Positions 21,773-36,430 are shown, counted from the first letter of the stretch. The stretch is 64,000 nucleotides of DNA from Caulobacteraceae bacterium (GCA_965284055.1 CBDIQV010000005.1:268745-332744); one strand, 5' to 3'. Notes: generated by a model from the sequence alone, not told the origin. Made by a program: numbers and translations.

Positions 21773-24134
21773 TGGAACCTTGTGGAGGTGGAGAACCGGA
21801 ACGTTTCGGTCCGGTCGTAATCTTCCTTGGACAGGATCTTGCTGAAGTCGAACCGGATCGGGCCCATGGGCGACTTCCAGTCGATGCTGAGACCTGCCGA
21901 AGCGCGAAGGGCGAGGTTGTCGCGGATATTGGGGTCGAAAACACCCGTCGAGGATTGACGGTCGACGTCGTCCAGCAGTCCGGCGGTGCCGAAATCGCTG
22001 AAGACGGCGGCCTTGATGCCATACTGCTCGGGCAGCAGGGTCGGAACGGTCAGCTCGAACGTGCCGATGGCATACAGCTTCGCGCCCATCGAGTTGCTGG
22101 TGGTCGAGATGTCGCGCGGACCGATACCGGCCGTCTCGAAGCCGCGGAAGTTGGTGCCGCCCTTGTAGAAGCGGTCGTTGATGCGGACGTTGTCGCCGCC
22201 CCAGCCCTCGATATAGCCGGCCGAACCGGTGGCGCTGAAGATGAAGTCCTTGTTGAAGCCCCAGTACCAACCCGCGTCGGTCTCGGTCTTCAGGTACTTC
22301 ACGTCGCCGCCGAAGCCCGCCAGATCCTGGTTCAGGTCGGCGAACCAGCCGCGCGTCGGCTGGATCGGGTCGTTACGCTTGTCGATCCGCAGGCCGTAGC
22401 CGACCAGCGAGGTCATGTAGGCGCCGCGCTGCAAGCACAGGATCTGCGACACCGAACCGCTGCTGCACAGCCCGTCGGAGACGCTGACCTCGTCGCGGCG
22501 CAGGGTGTAGCGCATGCTCATCGAGGCGTTCTGGGTCAACGGGAACCCGACGCGGATATTGCCGCCGACCGAGCTTGTGTCATAGGCGGCGTAGTCGCTC
22601 AGATCGTATCGGAACGAGTACAGATCGACGCCCGCCACCAGGTTGCGGTTCAGGAAGCGCGGCTCGGTGAAGGCGAAGTCCACCTGCTGACGCAGCGAGC
22701 CGACCGAGACCCGGCCACGCATGTTCTGGCCGCGACCGCGGAAGTTCCGCTCGGTGATGCCGACGTCCAGGACCAGCTTGTCGACCGAGCTGTAGCCGGC
22801 GCTGAACGACAGTTCGCCCGTCGGCTGCTCCTCGACCTTGACGCGCAGGGCGGTGCGGTCGGGCGCCGAGCCCGGGATTTCCTCGATGTCGACTTCCTTG
22901 AAGAAGCCGAGACGACGGATGTTGTTCTTCGAGCGGTCCACCAGAACGCGGTTATAGGCGTCGCCCTCGGCCACTTCGAGCTCACGGCGCAGGACGTAGT
23001 CCAGCGTGCGAGTGTTGCCGACGATGTCGATGCGATCGACATAGACGCGCGGCCCTTCGCGGACCTGGAACACCACGTCGACGGTGTTGGTCTCGCGGTT
23101 GGGCACATAGCGCGGGCGGACGTCGACAAAGGCGAAGCCGGCGGCGCCGGCCGCGAAGGTCAGGGCGTCGGTCGCCTGCTCGATGCGTTCGTCTTCATAC
23201 AGCTGGCCGGTGCGGATCGGCAGGATCTGGGCCAGCAGGTTGCCGTCCAGCTTCTTGAGCTCGGTGTCGACGGTGATCTTGCCGAACTTGTATTTCGGCC
23301 CCTCTTCGAGGGTGTAGGTGACCGCGAAGCCGTTCTTGTCCGGCGCCAGTTCGGCCACCGACGAGATGACGCGGAAGTCGAAATAGCCACGGTTGCGATA
23401 GTGCTTGCGCAGCTGTTCGCGGTCGTACTCGATCCGGTCGGGGTCGTAGTTGTCGTTGCTGGTCAGGAATTTGTACCAGTGCGACTCCTTGGTCACGACC
23501 ACGTCGCGCAGGTCGTTGTCCGAGAACTCGGAATTGCCCAGGAAGTTGATCCCCAGAACGCCGCTCTTGGGGCCTTCATTGATCTCGAACACCAGGTCGA
23601 CGCGCTTCTGCGGCAGTTCCACGACCTTGGGGGTCACGGTCGCCGAGATGCGGCCCGAACGGCGGTACAGTTCGATGATCCGCTGAACGTCGGCCTGAAC
23701 CTTGGCGCGCGTGAAGATGCCGCGCGGGCGGATCTGCACTTCGTCCTTCAGCTTGTCTTCCTTCAGGGACGAGTTCCCCTCGAAGACCACCTGGTTGATG
23801 ATCGGGTTTTCGACGACCTTCACGATCAGCGTTGGCCTGAAGGTCGATCTTCACGTCGGCGAAGAGGTCCGGTGCGCGCCAGGGTCTTCAGCGCAAGGTC
23901 AAGTCGCGCCGCATCGACGGTGTCGCCCGGCTGGATCGGCAGATAGGACATCACCGTGCCCTGCTCGATCCGCTCGTTGCCCTGGATCACGATCCGTTGC
24001 ACGACGCCGGACTGCGACGCCGCCTGCGCGAAGGCCGCTTCGGGAGCGACCAGCGCGCTGGAGCCGAAGAGAAGCGCCAGACCGGTGGCGAACGCGGCGC
24101 TATGGGCGCGAAGATTGTTCATGGGACCATTCAT
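21769..24134 (-). pseudogene. bamA: outer membrane protein assembly factor BamA, two frame breaks near 23830-23885
   Basis: POTRA repeats and the beta-barrel are in ORF 21769..23823 (ends ...FRFSTSTRFQ). The signal peptide and POTRA1 are in ORF 23826..24209 (MNNLRAHSAAFATGLALLFGSSALVAPEAAFA). The linker KIDLQ reads in a third frame (ORF 23576..23854). Confidence 0.9.
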
Positions 24135-24151
24135 GGACGAAGAGCGGGCGT

Positions 24152-25349
24152 TCACGTGAACAGGCCGCCGATGAATTTGAACACGTCGTAGCGGTTGAGG
24201 TCGTTCCACGCCGCGAACAGCATGAAACCCAGGATCAGCGCAAGCCCCGCCTGGAAACCAGCGGCCTGGAAATCGGCGCGCAGGGGACGTTTGGCGATGG
24301 CCTCATAAGCATACATCAGCAGGTGACCGCCATCGAGGACGGGAATGGGCAGCAGGTTCATGAAGCCGATGCTGACCGACAGGCTGCCGATCAGGACCGT
24401 CAGGCCGACCATGCCGCCCAGCAGTTGCGACGCCAGATCAGGTGCGCCGGCCGCGCCGGCCTTGGCCACCGCGCCCGCCGTATGTCCGATGACCGATCAG
24501 GCCGCTGATCTGGTCGGCCGGGACCTGGCCGCGCACCAGGCGTCCCAGATAATAGGCGATGGTCTTGAGCATATCCCAGACCGCGTCGCAGGCGGCCGGC
24601 ACGGCTTCGAAGATCGTCGGCTTGACCAGGGTGGGACGCGAGCGGCTCTCCAGCCCCAGGGCTCCGACCTTCACGCGACCGGAAATCTTGTCGACGCGCT
24701 CGACCAGACGCGGCGTCGCCGTCAGCACGACCGATTGGGCCCCGCGCTCGACCGTGAAGCGGATCGGCACGTCGGCGCGAAGAGTGGTGTATTGCTGCAG
24801 GTCCTGGAACGAGCCGATGCGCTTGCTGTCGGCGCGAACGATCAGGTCGCCCGCCTGGAAGCCGGCGGCCTCAGCGGCGCCGCCCGGGATCACGCGATCG
24901 ACGCGCGCGGGATTGGTGATCTGGCCATAGGTGGCGAACAGGATCGTGAAGATCACGATCGCCAGGGCGAAATTGGCCATCGGCCCCGCCGCGGCGATGA
25001 TCGCGCGCTGCCAGATGGGCTTGAAGTGGAAGTAGCGGCTGACCGCCGCCTCCCCTTCGTGGGCGACAATGGAGCGCTTCATCGCCGCCAGGTCGTTCTG
25101 GTCGGGAACGCTGGCGGCGTTCTCGTCGCCCGAGAACCGCACATAGCCGCCCAGCGGAATGGCGGCCAAACGCCACTCGACGCCCGACTTGTCGCGCCAG
25201 GACGCCAGGGCCGGTCCAAAACCCAGGGAGAAACGGTCGATCGCCACGCCACAGGCGCGCGCCGCCCAGAAGTGTCCGAGTTCGTGGATCGTCACGACGA
25301 TCGACAGCACGAACACCGTGGATACGACAAAGATCAAGACGTCGATCAT
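24152..25349 (-). pseudogene. rseP: RIP zinc metalloprotease RseP (MmpA-like), one frame break near 24480
   Basis: The HELGH motif and PDZ region are in ORF 24438..25409, starting at M21 (25349). The C-terminal membrane part with LLPIPVLDGGH is in ORF 24152..24469. Confidence 0.9.
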
Positions 25350-25368
25350 GAAGGCAGCGGTCTCCGCG

Positions 25369-26570
25369 TCAGTTCCGTTGACGCTTCTGCGCGACAACCT
25401 CGGCCGCAATGCGGCGGGCGCTGGCGTCCGTCATCATCGCGCTCTCAAGCGGATCGGTAGCCGCGTCTTCCAGGGTCCCGAGACTGTTCATGCGATCAAG
25501 GGTCCCCGCCACCGAGGCGGCAATATCCAGAAAGCCGATCTGGCGGTCAAGGAAGGCCGCCACGGCCATCTCGTTGGCCGCGTTCATAGCAGCCGGAGCG
25601 CCGCCGCCTAGCCGCATCGCCTCCCGGGCGATGGCGATCGACGGAAAACGTTCCAGGTCCGGGGCTTCGAAGGTCAGTTGGCCATAGGCCGCGAGATCAA
25701 GTCTCGGGGCCGGCCATGGCAGCCGGTCGGGCCAGGAAAAGGCGCAGGCGATGGGCGCGCGCATATCCGGCGGCCCCAACTGGGCCAGGGTGGACCCATC
25801 GGCGTATTCCACCAGGCTGTGAATCACGGACTGAGGGTGGATCACGACGTCGATGCGCTCTTCCGGGGTGTCGAACAGGTAGGACGCCTCGATCATCTCG
25901 AGGCCCTTGTTCATCATGGAGGCGGAATCGACCGAAATCTTGGCGCCCATCGACCAATTGGGATGGGCCACGGCCTGTTCAGGCGTGGCCAGCGCCATCT
26001 GCTCGCGCGTCCAGGTGCGGAAAGGCCCGCCCGAGGCCGTCAGGATCAGGCGCGAGACCCGCGGATGCAAGCCGGCTGCAAGCACCTGAAAGATCGCGGA
26101 ATGTTCCGAATCGACCGGGATCACCGATGCCGCCGGCTTCGCGGGCGATCTCGCAGCAGGGCCGGGCCCGCGCAGACCAGGCTTTCCTTGTTGGCCAGAG
26201 CGATCACCGCGCCCGTGCGCGCGGCCGACAGCGTCGGCGCCAGACCGGCGGCCCCGACGATCGCCGACATCACCCAGTCGGCGCCCATGGCCGCCGCCTC
26301 GATGACCGCGGCCGCGCCAGCGGCGGCCCGAACGCCCGTACCTTCGAGGCCGGCGCGCAGAGCTTCCAGGCAGCTCTCGTCGTCGATCACCGCCACGAGC
26401 GGACGCCATTGTATCGCCTGTTCGATCAGGCGCCGGACGTTGCGCCCCGCCGTCAGGGCCAGCACCTCGACCGGCGCCTGCGACGCCTCGAACAGGCTCA
26501 GCGTCGAAACGCCGATCGATCCCGTCGATCCCAGGACGACAACCTTGCGAGGACGGGTCAATGGGCCCAT
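25369..26570 (-). pseudogene. dxr: 1-deoxy-D-xylulose-5-phosphate reductoisomerase, one frame break near 26150
   Basis: The N-terminal [11 protein letters not shown] and ANKESLV are in ORF 26121..26570. The remainder ([18 protein letters not shown]) is in ORF 25369..26409. Confidence 0.9.
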
Positions 26571-27406
26571 CCGGCCAGATAGATCAGGCGCACGCCGGCG
26601 ATGACGATCGCGGCGAACATCAGGCCATCCACGCGGTCCAGCATGCCGCCATGACCCGGGATCAGGTCACCGGAATCCTTCACGCCGAACCGGCGCTTGA
26701 GCATCGACTCCCAGAGATCACCCATCATCGTCGCCAGACCGCCGAGCAGGCCAATCAGGGCGGCGATCGGCCAGGTCAGGTTCATGTCCGGCAGGGCGGG
26801 CAGCCAGGTGGTCAAGGCGTCGATGCCAACCGCGGCCAGGGACGAGGCCACAAGCCCGCCGAAGAACCCGGACCAGGTCTTGTTGGGCGAAAACTTGGGC
26901 CACAGCTTGGGGCCCTTCAGGATGCTGCCGACCACGAAGGCGAAGATATCGGCGAACCAGGTCACGGCGAACAGCAGCAGCGTCCAGCTCAGGCCGGCAT
27001 CCAGCAGACGCAGCCAGATCAGCGCGATGCACGAGGGCGCGATATAGATCACGCCATAGGCGGCGTCGGCCCGGCGCTCAACGGCCCCGCGCGCCAGAAG
27101 GCCGGCCAGGATCGCGCCGACAACCAGCAGCGGACCGGTCAGGTAATAGTGACCGAGAAACGCGGCCCCCAGCGCCACCAGGCTTGCCGCGCCGATGGCC
27201 AGAGCGACGCCGATCGGCGCCTTGGGCGCGCTCATCATGCCCCATTCGCGCGCCAGCAGGGCCACGCAGACGGCGATCAGGGCCAGGTACCACACGCCGC
27301 CAAACCACACAGCGGCCACGACTGTAGGCACGAGCACGGTGGCTGAGAGCACCCGCACCCGGAGATTGGTCCAGTTGAAGCGCTTAGCCGGCGACGGCGA
27401 CGTCAT
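26558..27406 (-). CDS. cdsA: phosphatidate cytidylyltransferase
   Basis: Multi-TM ORF 26558..27520 with the C-terminal signature [27 protein letters not shown]. The start is uncertain (M39 at 27406 or earlier). Confidence 0.85.
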   Translation of the reverse strand: MTSPSPAKRFNWTNLRVRVLSATVLVPTVVAAVWFGGVWYLALIAVCVALLAREWGMMSAPKAPIGVALAIGAASLVALGAAFLGHYYLTGPLLVVGAILAGLLARGAVERRADAAYGVIYIAPSCIALIWLRLLDAGLSWTLLLFAVTWFADIFAFVVGSILKGPKLWPKFSPNKTWSGFFGGLVASSLAAVGIDALTTWLPALPDMNLTWPIAALIGLLGGLATMMGDLWESMLKRRFGVKDSGDLIPGHGGMLDRVDGLMFAAIVIAGVRLIYLAGWAH

Positions 27407-28204
27407 CGGCAGCAATGCCTCCATAGCGCCGGTCGCGCCCGCGGTATTCCGCGATGGCCGCCGAAAGCGCCTCAGGTCCATAGTCAGGCCAGAGAACGTC
27501 CTGGAAGACGAGCTCGGCATAGGCGCATTCCCAGAGCAGGAAGTTCGAGATGCGACGCTCGCCGCTGGTGCGCACGATCAGGTCCGGAGCCGGAGCCGAA
27601 GACGTCGACAGGTGCTGCTCGAACACCGCTTCGTCGAGCTCGGCGGCCTTGGCCTCGCCCCGCTCCACCGCTTGCGCGAACGCGCGGGCAGCGTCGGCGA
27701 TATCCGCGCGGCCGCCATAGTTGAACGCGACCTGCAGTATGAAGCGCGTGTTGTGAGCGGTGCGACGCTCCGCGCGTTCGATGATCTGCAGGATGTCGGG
27801 CGCCAGCCCCGTGCGGCGACCGATAATCCTGACGCGGACACCCTCACGCGCGAGGCGCTCCAGGTCGGATTCGACATAGGCCTTGAGCAGGCCCATCAAC
27901 TCGGAAACCTCGTGAGCGGGACGGCTCCAGTTCTCGGTCGAGAACCCGAAGACGGTCAGTACGCGCTAGCGTTCAGAGTCGGCGCGGCCTCGACCGTGCG
28001 CTTCAGAGCCGCGACACCCGCGCGATGCCCAAGCGCGCGCGGCATGCCACGCCGATTAGCCCAGCGACCATTTCCATCCATGATGATGGCCACGTGCAGG
28101 GGCCGTCCCGACGCATCGCCCCCAGCGCGCGTCGAAAGATCCTGCGGGCCGGTCGTCGGCGACATTCGCTTCAAGCCTTCCATGATCGTCCCCCGATACT
28201 CCAA
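27384..28204 (-). pseudogene. uppS: undecaprenyl diphosphate synthase, one frame break near 27959
   Basis: [13 protein letters not shown] is in ORF 27956..28204. The continuation [25 protein letters not shown]... reads in the frame of ORF 27384..27899. Adding one G after gcg restores ...[11 protein letters not shown]. Confidence 0.9.
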
Positions 28205-28213
28205 GGGAGGCGA

Positions 28214-28780
28214 TTAAACCTGCATGATCTCTTGTTCTTTGATTTTCAAGGCCTCGTCGATCCGCTTGATGGCCTCGTCGGTCATCTTCTGGACCTCGGT
28301 TTCCATCTTCTTCAGATCGTCCTCGCTAATAACGCTGGCCTTCTCGGCCTTCTTGAGGTCGTCATTGGCGTCGCGACGGATATTACGCACCGCGACCTTC
28401 TGGGCCTCGGCATACTTGCCCGCGATCTTGGTCAGATCCTTGCGGCGCTCTTCCGTCAGCGGCGGAATCGGGATGCGCAGGTTGTTGCCTTCGACCACCG
28501 GATTGAGGCCAAGATCCGAATTGCGGATCGCCTTTTCCACGGCCGAGACGACGCCCTTGTCCCAGATGTTGACGTTGATCTGCCGGGGTTCGGGAACGCT
28601 GATCGACGCCACGGTATTGAGCTGCACCATCGAGCCGTAAGCGTTGACCACGATCTGGTCGAGCAGGTTCGAAGAGGCGCGACCGGTGCGCAGACCGGCG
28701 AAATCTTCTTTCAGGGCAAGGACGGACTTGTCCATGCGGTCCTTGTAGCGGGACAGAACGGGCTTTTCGGCGGCGGCCAT
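28214..28780 (-). CDS. frr: ribosome recycling factor
   Basis: Intact 188-aa ORF in conserved position. Confidence 0.95.
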   Translation of the reverse strand: MAAAEKPVLSRYKDRMDKSVLALKEDFAGLRTGRASSNLLDQIVVNAYGSMVQLNTVASISVPEPRQINVNIWDKGVVSAVEKAIRNSDLGLNPVVEGNNLRIPIPPLTEERRKDLTKIAGKYAEAQKVAVRNIRRDANDDLKKAEKASVISEDDLKKMETEVQKMTDEAIKRIDEALKIKEQEIMQV

Positions 28781-28803
28781 GGCTTGGGCTCTCTTCGCTG
28801 TGT

Positions 28804-30692
<1,889 letters not shown>

Positions 30693-30802
30693 GCGAAAAT
30701 CTCCGATCAGTTCAACGGTTGAGCGACCGGGCCTGATAGCCTCGGTCGCATCGGTCAGGGTCACAACAGTCGCTCGAAGGCGACCGGGTCGCGAAGATCA
30801 GC

Positions 30803-31679
30803 TCAGCGGCCGGCGTCTTCGGCAGACGGTCTTCGATCGCCGTCGGCCGGGTCGCCTTCTTGAGCGGCTTCCGGAGCGGCGGCATTCGAGAGCACCGGCT
30901 GCGGAGCGTCGACGTTCGACGGCGACCAGCGGTGGGATTCCATCCGGAGCCACCGACAGCGAGCCCGAGATCGACGCGACGCGGCTTGGCCGGCGGCCAG
31001 ACCGTCGAGGACGGCGTCGGCGATCAGGTCGCAATACAGCTGCAGGGCGCGAGCGGCGTCGTCGTTGCCCGGGATCGGATAGGTGATGCCGTCGGGATCG
31101 CAGTTGGTGTCCAGGATCGCGATGACCGGGATGTTCAGCTTGCGGGCTTCAAGGATCGCGATCGCTTCCTTGTTGGTGTCGATCACGAACATGATGTCCG
31201 GGATGGAGCCCATGTCCTTGATGCCGCCCAGCGACAGCTCGAGCTTGTCGCGCTCGCGCGGTCAGCTGCAGCAGTTCCTTCTTGGACACGGCCAGTCGCC
31301 TTCGCCGGCGAGCAGCGCCTTCCAGCTCGCGAAGACGCGCGATCGAGCCCGAGACGGTGCGCCAGTTGGTCAGGGTGCCGCCGAGCCAGCGGTGATTGAC
31401 GTAGTACTGGGCGCAGCGCTTGGCGGCGGTGGCGACGGGATCCGAAGCCTGACGCTTGGTGCCGACGAACAGCACGCGACCGCCGGCGGCGGCGACTTCA
31501 CGCACCTTCACCAGGGCCTGGTGCAGGAGCGGAATCGACTGCGACAGGTCGATGATGTGGATGTTCGAGCGCGAACCGAAGATGTAGCGGTCCATCTTCG
31601 GGTTCCAGCGGTGCGTCTGGTGGCCGAAGTGGGCGCCAGCTTCCAGGAGCTGACGCATGGAGAATTCGGGAAGAGCCAT
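30803..31679 (-). pseudogene. rpsB: 30S ribosomal protein S2, at least 2 frame breaks (about 31255 and about 30960)
   Basis: [29 protein letters not shown]... is in ORF 31149..31814, starting at M46 (31679). The continuation [49 protein letters not shown] is in ORF 30803..31213. The C-terminal tail frame is ambiguous. Confidence 0.9.
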
Positions 31680-31811
31680 CGGGCCTGTATCCTTTTTCCG
31701 GTTGAACCTCCGCGGACACCCCCGTTCCGAACGATTTCGGAGCGGGACCGGAACGGCGACCTCGGGATTTCTCCCCAAGGCAACCGAACGTCCACGTGTG
31801 GAATGGCGCGG

Positions 31812-31840
31812 CAAATAGGCGCGAACGGATCAAAATGCAA
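31812..31840 (-). promoter_or_regulatory. candidate sigma70-type promoter for rpsB-tsf
   Basis: On the minus strand TTGCAT - 17 nt - TATTTG lies about 130 nt upstream of the rpsB ATG. The leader contains an 8-bp stem (31722-31729 with 31749-31756). Confidence 0.3.
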
Positions 31841-32037
31841 GCCTTGTCGGCGCTGTCGCGTGACCTGGCGTGCAAATGGCGGCCCCCAGCGCGGTCGCAT
31901 CGGGGCGCTTTCGACCTTCCAGAGGGCGTCCGGTGGAAGATCGCAACGACCTGACAGATCCGATCCCGCACGCCATCAGCCGAATCAGTGACACCTGGGC
32001 GTGGGCAGTGTGGGCCGAGCGCGCCGCCCCTTCGTCT

Positions 32038-32352
32038 CTAGCCCGACCTGGAGCCAGACCTTCCGGTGCGCGCGGAGGACGGCGCGTCGACCTCCGCATT
32101 GGAGCGCTCGACGATCGCGTCGAACAAATCGCCTTTGGGGCCCATGCCATCGGCGCTGAGTGCGTCAGCGACATGACCCGCAAGGTCAGCCAGGATGATC
32201 CCCCAGGCCGAAGTCTCCCGGGCCACGCCATGCTCAGCGTATAGGCCGACCGTGAGCGAACAATGCAGTCCCTGCTCGGCGATCCAAACGCGAGCGAGTT
32301 CGACAGCATTGACGTCGCGAAGCGCTGCGGGAGGAATTGCGCGTGCGTCCAC
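32038..32352 (-). CDS. small conserved hypothetical protein (possibly DUF5076-like)
   Basis: 104-aa ORF with a GTG start preceded by AAGGAGG. The family assignment is from memory only. Confidence 0.5.
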   Translation of the reverse strand: MDARAIPPAALRDVNAVELARVWIAEQGLHCSLTVGLYAEHGVARETSAWGIILADLAGHVADALSADGMGPKGDLFDAIVERSNAEVDAPSSARTGRSGSRSG

Positions 32353-32514
32353 TTTGACCTCCTTAACTTAGAGCTTGATTTTACAGGCGACGGATGACGC
32401 GGCATTCAGGCCGAAGGATCCGCCCTCTTGCAGCCGCCGCCGACACCGACTGACCGCCTCGCCTCCGGCGACGGCGTGACGATTGCCGGCGCACGGCTCG
32501 ACGGGCGCCTTTCG

Positions 32515-32865
32515 TCAGAACGCCTTGCCGTTCACCTCGACCGGCTTCAGGGCGAAGACGTCGATCTCGTCCAGACAGCGCACGTTGATCGCCGCCATGC
32601 GTACGCCGCCGGGGCCTTCTCCGCGACCGAACGACTCGATCCCGCACGCCGAGCAGAACAGGTGCGAGATCTTGCCCGTGTTGAAGCGGTACTCGGTCAG
32701 AGCGCCCTGCCCTTGCAGCAGCGTGAAGTCATCCTCTGCCGCGAACGCCAGAACAGAGCCCAACCTGCCGCATCGCGAGCAATTGCAGGTGATCAGGTCT
32801 TCAAGCCCGACCTCAACCTCGAACCGCACCTTGCCGCACTGACAGCCGCCTTGATGTTTGGCCAT
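32515..32865 (-). CDS. GFA (glutathione-dependent formaldehyde-activating enzyme/centromere protein V-like) family protein
   Basis: 116-aa ORF with the Zn-binding Cys pattern GGCQCGKVRF...CNCSRC...FCSACG. Confidence 0.8.
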   Translation of the reverse strand: MAKHQGGCQCGKVRFEVEVGLEDLITCNCSRCGRLGSVLAFAAEDDFTLLQGQGALTEYRFNTGKISHLFCSACGIESFGRGEGPGGVRMAAINVRCLDEIDVFALKPVEVNGKAF

Positions 32866-32880
32866 GTTGGTCTCTCTTCG

Positions 32881-35800
32881 CTACACGTCTTCCAGCAGCG
32901 CCACCCCCGGCGCGGTCTTCAGCGCGCCGCGTAGCGAGGCGTCCAGCGTGTAGCGTCCGGGAAGCTTCAGCTCGATCTCGCGGCCGCCGCCGATCGCGGC
33001 GATGAAGCTGATTTCACCGCCCTTCTGGGACACCGCCGGCTCCAGCCGCTTCCTCAACGCCTCGACTTCGGTGGCCGACGGCGACAGATGGACGCGAAGG
33101 CCCGCGACGACGTTTTCGATGGCCTTTTCGATAGGCTCGGCGTCATCGCCGAAGAACCGCACTTCCGTCCCGCGCCTTGGCGCGCACCTTGATAGCCGAC
33201 CGACTTGCCCGGCTCCAGCACGTCCCGGCACTTTCGCAGGGCTTCCGGCGGAACAGCACTTCGCACTTCGCCGGTGGGATCCGACAATGTAGACAAAGGC
33301 AAAGCGCTCGCCGCTCTGCGAGGCGTGCTCCTGGGCGGCGGCGCACGACGCCGCACATGCGGAACGCCTCCATGCCCGCCTCGGCCTGAGGGATGACCTC
33401 GGTCAGCATGGCGGTGCGCCGGCGGCGCAGCATGCCCACCATGTCCTCCAGCGGGTGACCGGTCAGGTAGAAGCCGACGGCGGCCAGTTCTTCGTCGAGC
33501 AGATCCACCTGGTTCCAGGGATCGATCTTCTTCAAACGCGGCCGGCCCGCGGCCGGGTCAGCGCCGAACAGCGCGTGCTGACCGCCCTGGCGGTCGGCGG
33601 CGATGCTCTGGCTGTGGGCAATCAGCACATCGGACGAGGCCAGGATCTGGGCCCGGTTCTTGTGGAAGGATCAGCAGTTCCCGCCCGCGCCAGGTTTTCA
33701 ACGGCGCGCTTGTTGACCTGCTGCGGGATCACCCGCTCGACGAATCGAAGATATCGCGGAACGGGCCGCCCTCTTCGCGTACCGCGACCAGATGCTTCAT
33801 CGCTTCCAGGCCGACATTGCGCACCGCGCCGAGGGCGTAGAGCACCTCGCCGTTCTCGACCTCGAAGTCGGCGCCCGACCGGTTCACGTCCGGCGCCCGA
33901 ACCGTGATGTCGAACCGCCGGGCATCCTGGTGGAACACCGCCAGCTTGTCGGTGTTGGAAATATCCAGGCTCATCGACGCGGCCAGGAACTCGACCGGCG
34001 TATTGGCCTTCAACCAGGCGGTCTGGTAGGCGATCAGGGCGTAGGCGGCGGCGTGGCTCTTGTTGAAGCCGTAGCCGGCGAACTTGGCCACCAGTTCGAA
34101 GATCGACCCGGACTGCTCGGCGGGAACGTTCTTTTCCTTGGCGCCGTCGACGAAACGGATCTTCTGGAGATCCATTTCCTCCTTCTTCTTCTTCTGCATA
34201 GTCACCCGGCGCAGAATGGTCGGCTTCGCCCAGGTTGTAGCCCGCCAGGATCTGGGCGATCTGCATCACCTGTTCCTGGTAGACGATGACGCCGTAGGTC
34301 TCCTTCAGCACGCCCTCCAGCGAGGGGTGCAGGGTATCGACCGGTTTGCGGCCGAACTTGCAGTCGACGAAGGTGTCGATGTTGTCCATCGGGCCTGGCC
34401 GATAGAGCGAGATCAGCGCGGTGATCTCCTCGATCGAACCGCAGCGCGATCTTGCGCAGGGTGTCGCGCATGCCCTGGCTTTCCAGCTGGAACACCCCGA
34501 CCGTCTGGCCCGAGGCCATCAGCTCGTAGGACTGGTGTCGTCGACGGGCAGTCGCCCCAGATCAACCTCGGCGCCGCGCTTCTTCAGGTGCTTCACCGCG
34601 CGGTCTAGCACGGTCAGCGTCTTCAGGCCCAGGAAGTCGAACTTCACCAGGCCCGCGCTCTCGACCCACTTCATGTTGAACTGGGTGGCGGGCAGGTCCG
34701 AGCGCGGATCCTTGTAGAGCGGCGTCAACTGGGTCAGCGGCCGGTCGCCGATCACCACGCCTGCGGCGTGGGTCGAGGCGTTCCGGAACAACCCCTCGAG
34801 CTGCAGCGCGACATCCAGACAGGCCGAGACGTTGCCGTCTTCCTTCTTGGCCTGCTTGAGCCGGGGCTCCAGCTCGATGGCCTGGGCCAGGGTCACCGGC
34901 GCGGCCGGATTGTTGGGCACCATCTTGCAGAGCCGGTCGACCAGGCCGAGCGGCAGCTGCATCACCCGCCCGACGTCGCGCAGTACGGCGCGGGCCTGCA
35001 AGGAGCCGAAGGTGATGATCTGGGCCACGCGGTCGCGGCCGTATTTTTCCTGAACGTAGACGATGACCTCTTCGCGTCGCTCCTGACAGAAGTCGATATC
35101 GAAGTCGGGCATCGAGACCCGTTCGGGGTTCAGGAACCGCTCGAACAGCAGGCCGAAACCGCAACGGATCAAGATCGGTGATGGTCAGCACCCAGGCGAC
35201 CAGCGAACCGGCGCCCGAACCACGTCCGGGCCCGACGGGAATGCCGCTGCCCTTGGCCCACTTGATGAAGTCGGCCACGATCAGGAAGTAGCCCGGGAAG
35301 CCCATCTTCAGGATCGTCTCGAGCCGAAATCCAGGCGGTCCCAATAGACCTGTTCCTCGACCGCCAGTTCCAGGCCGTCGAGACGCATCCTCAGACCTTC
35401 GCGGGCCTGGTGTTCCAGTTCCTCGGGCTCGCTGCGGCCACCGCTGGTCGGGAAGCTGGGAAGGATCGGGTCGCGCCTTCTTGACCAGAAACGCGCAGCG
35501 CCGAGCGATGTCGATGGTGTTGTCGCAAGCCTCGGGCAGATCGGCGAACAGCTTGCGCATGTCGGCAGCCGGTTTGAACCAGTGCTCGGGCGTCACCCGC
35601 CGCCGCTCATCCTGGCCGACGAACGCGCCGTCCGAGATGCACAGCAAGGCGTCGTGAGCGTCGTAGAGCTCGCGCTTGGCGTAGTAGACGTCGTTGGTGG
35701 CGACCAACGGAACGTCGTTTTCATAGGCCCAGTTGACGAGGCCCGGCTCGGCGGCGGCCTGCCTCGGCAGACCGTGCCGTTGCAGCTCGACATAAAACCG

Positions 35801-36316
35801 ATCGCCAAAGACCCGGCTCATTTCCGCCAGGGCCTGCGAAGCCTCAGCGGCCTTGCCGCCGGCGAACAGAGCGTCCACCGGACCATCGGTGCCGCCCGAC
35901 ATCAGGATCAGCCCCTCGGCGTGCTCGACAACCCGCGCCCAGGGCACGATCGGCTCCGCCAGCTCGCCGCTTTCGAGATAGGCGATCGAAGACAGTTCCG
36001 AGAGGTTGAGATAACCCCGCTCGTTTTGGGCCAGCAGCGTGATCGTGGGCGCGCGCGCCCGGCGTTCGGTCGGACCAGCCCCGATACCCGACACCGGCAG
36101 GGCGCAGCCGATGATGGGCTGAATGCCGGCGTCCTTGGCGTAGGAAGAGTACTCCAGCGCGCCAAACAGGTTAGCCCTGTCGGTCAGCCCCGCGGCCGGC
36201 ATACCCGCCGCCTCGGTCATCTTGCCGATCACATCGGCCTTGATCGCGCCTTCCAGCAGGGAATAGGCCGAGCGAACCCGAAGGTGGACAAATCCCTGTC
36301 CTTCGCCATCCGCCAT
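32881..36316 (-). pseudogene. dnaE: DNA polymerase III alpha subunit, at least 14 frame breaks
   Basis: A collinear DnaE sequence can be read across ORFs 34562..36316 (PHP domain), 34519..35172, 34202..34519, 33622..34389, 33729..34205, 33143..33628, 33054..33356 and 32881..33231 (C-terminus ...GVALLEDV). Confidence 0.95.
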
Positions 36317-36340
36317 GACCCACGCCTCCGCTCAATCGAC

Positions 36341-36430
36341 TCAGGCCACCAACTGGGCGACCGAGCACATCATCCAGACGAAGCTGGCGACGGATACAAG
36401 CGCCAAAGACTCACGCGCGATACGGATCAT
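36341..36430 (-). CDS. candidate 29-aa hydrophobic small protein upstream of dnaE
   Basis: ATG at 36430 with GGAGG 5 nt upstream. It encodes [29 protein letters not shown] and its stop is 24 nt before the dnaE ATG. The ORF is too short for the ORF track. Confidence 0.3.
   Translation of the reverse strand: MIRIARESLALVSVASFVWMMCSVAQLVA

Noticed and set aside
21772-23946. Very long ORFs antisense to recognised genes. Examples: 21772..23946 (+) opposite bamA, 54971..56476 (+) opposite nuoG, 56419..58140 (+) opposite nuoF, 7652..9157 (+) opposite comEC, 11448..12851 (-) opposite gltA, and 16684..18651 / 18183..19937 (+) opposite lpxB-lpxA.
   Set aside because: At about 67% GC, stop codons are rare on the antisense strand of real genes. 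These translations are Arg/Gly/Asp/His/Pro-rich low-complexity strings with no recognisable motifs, and each fully overlaps a well-supported gene on the other strand.
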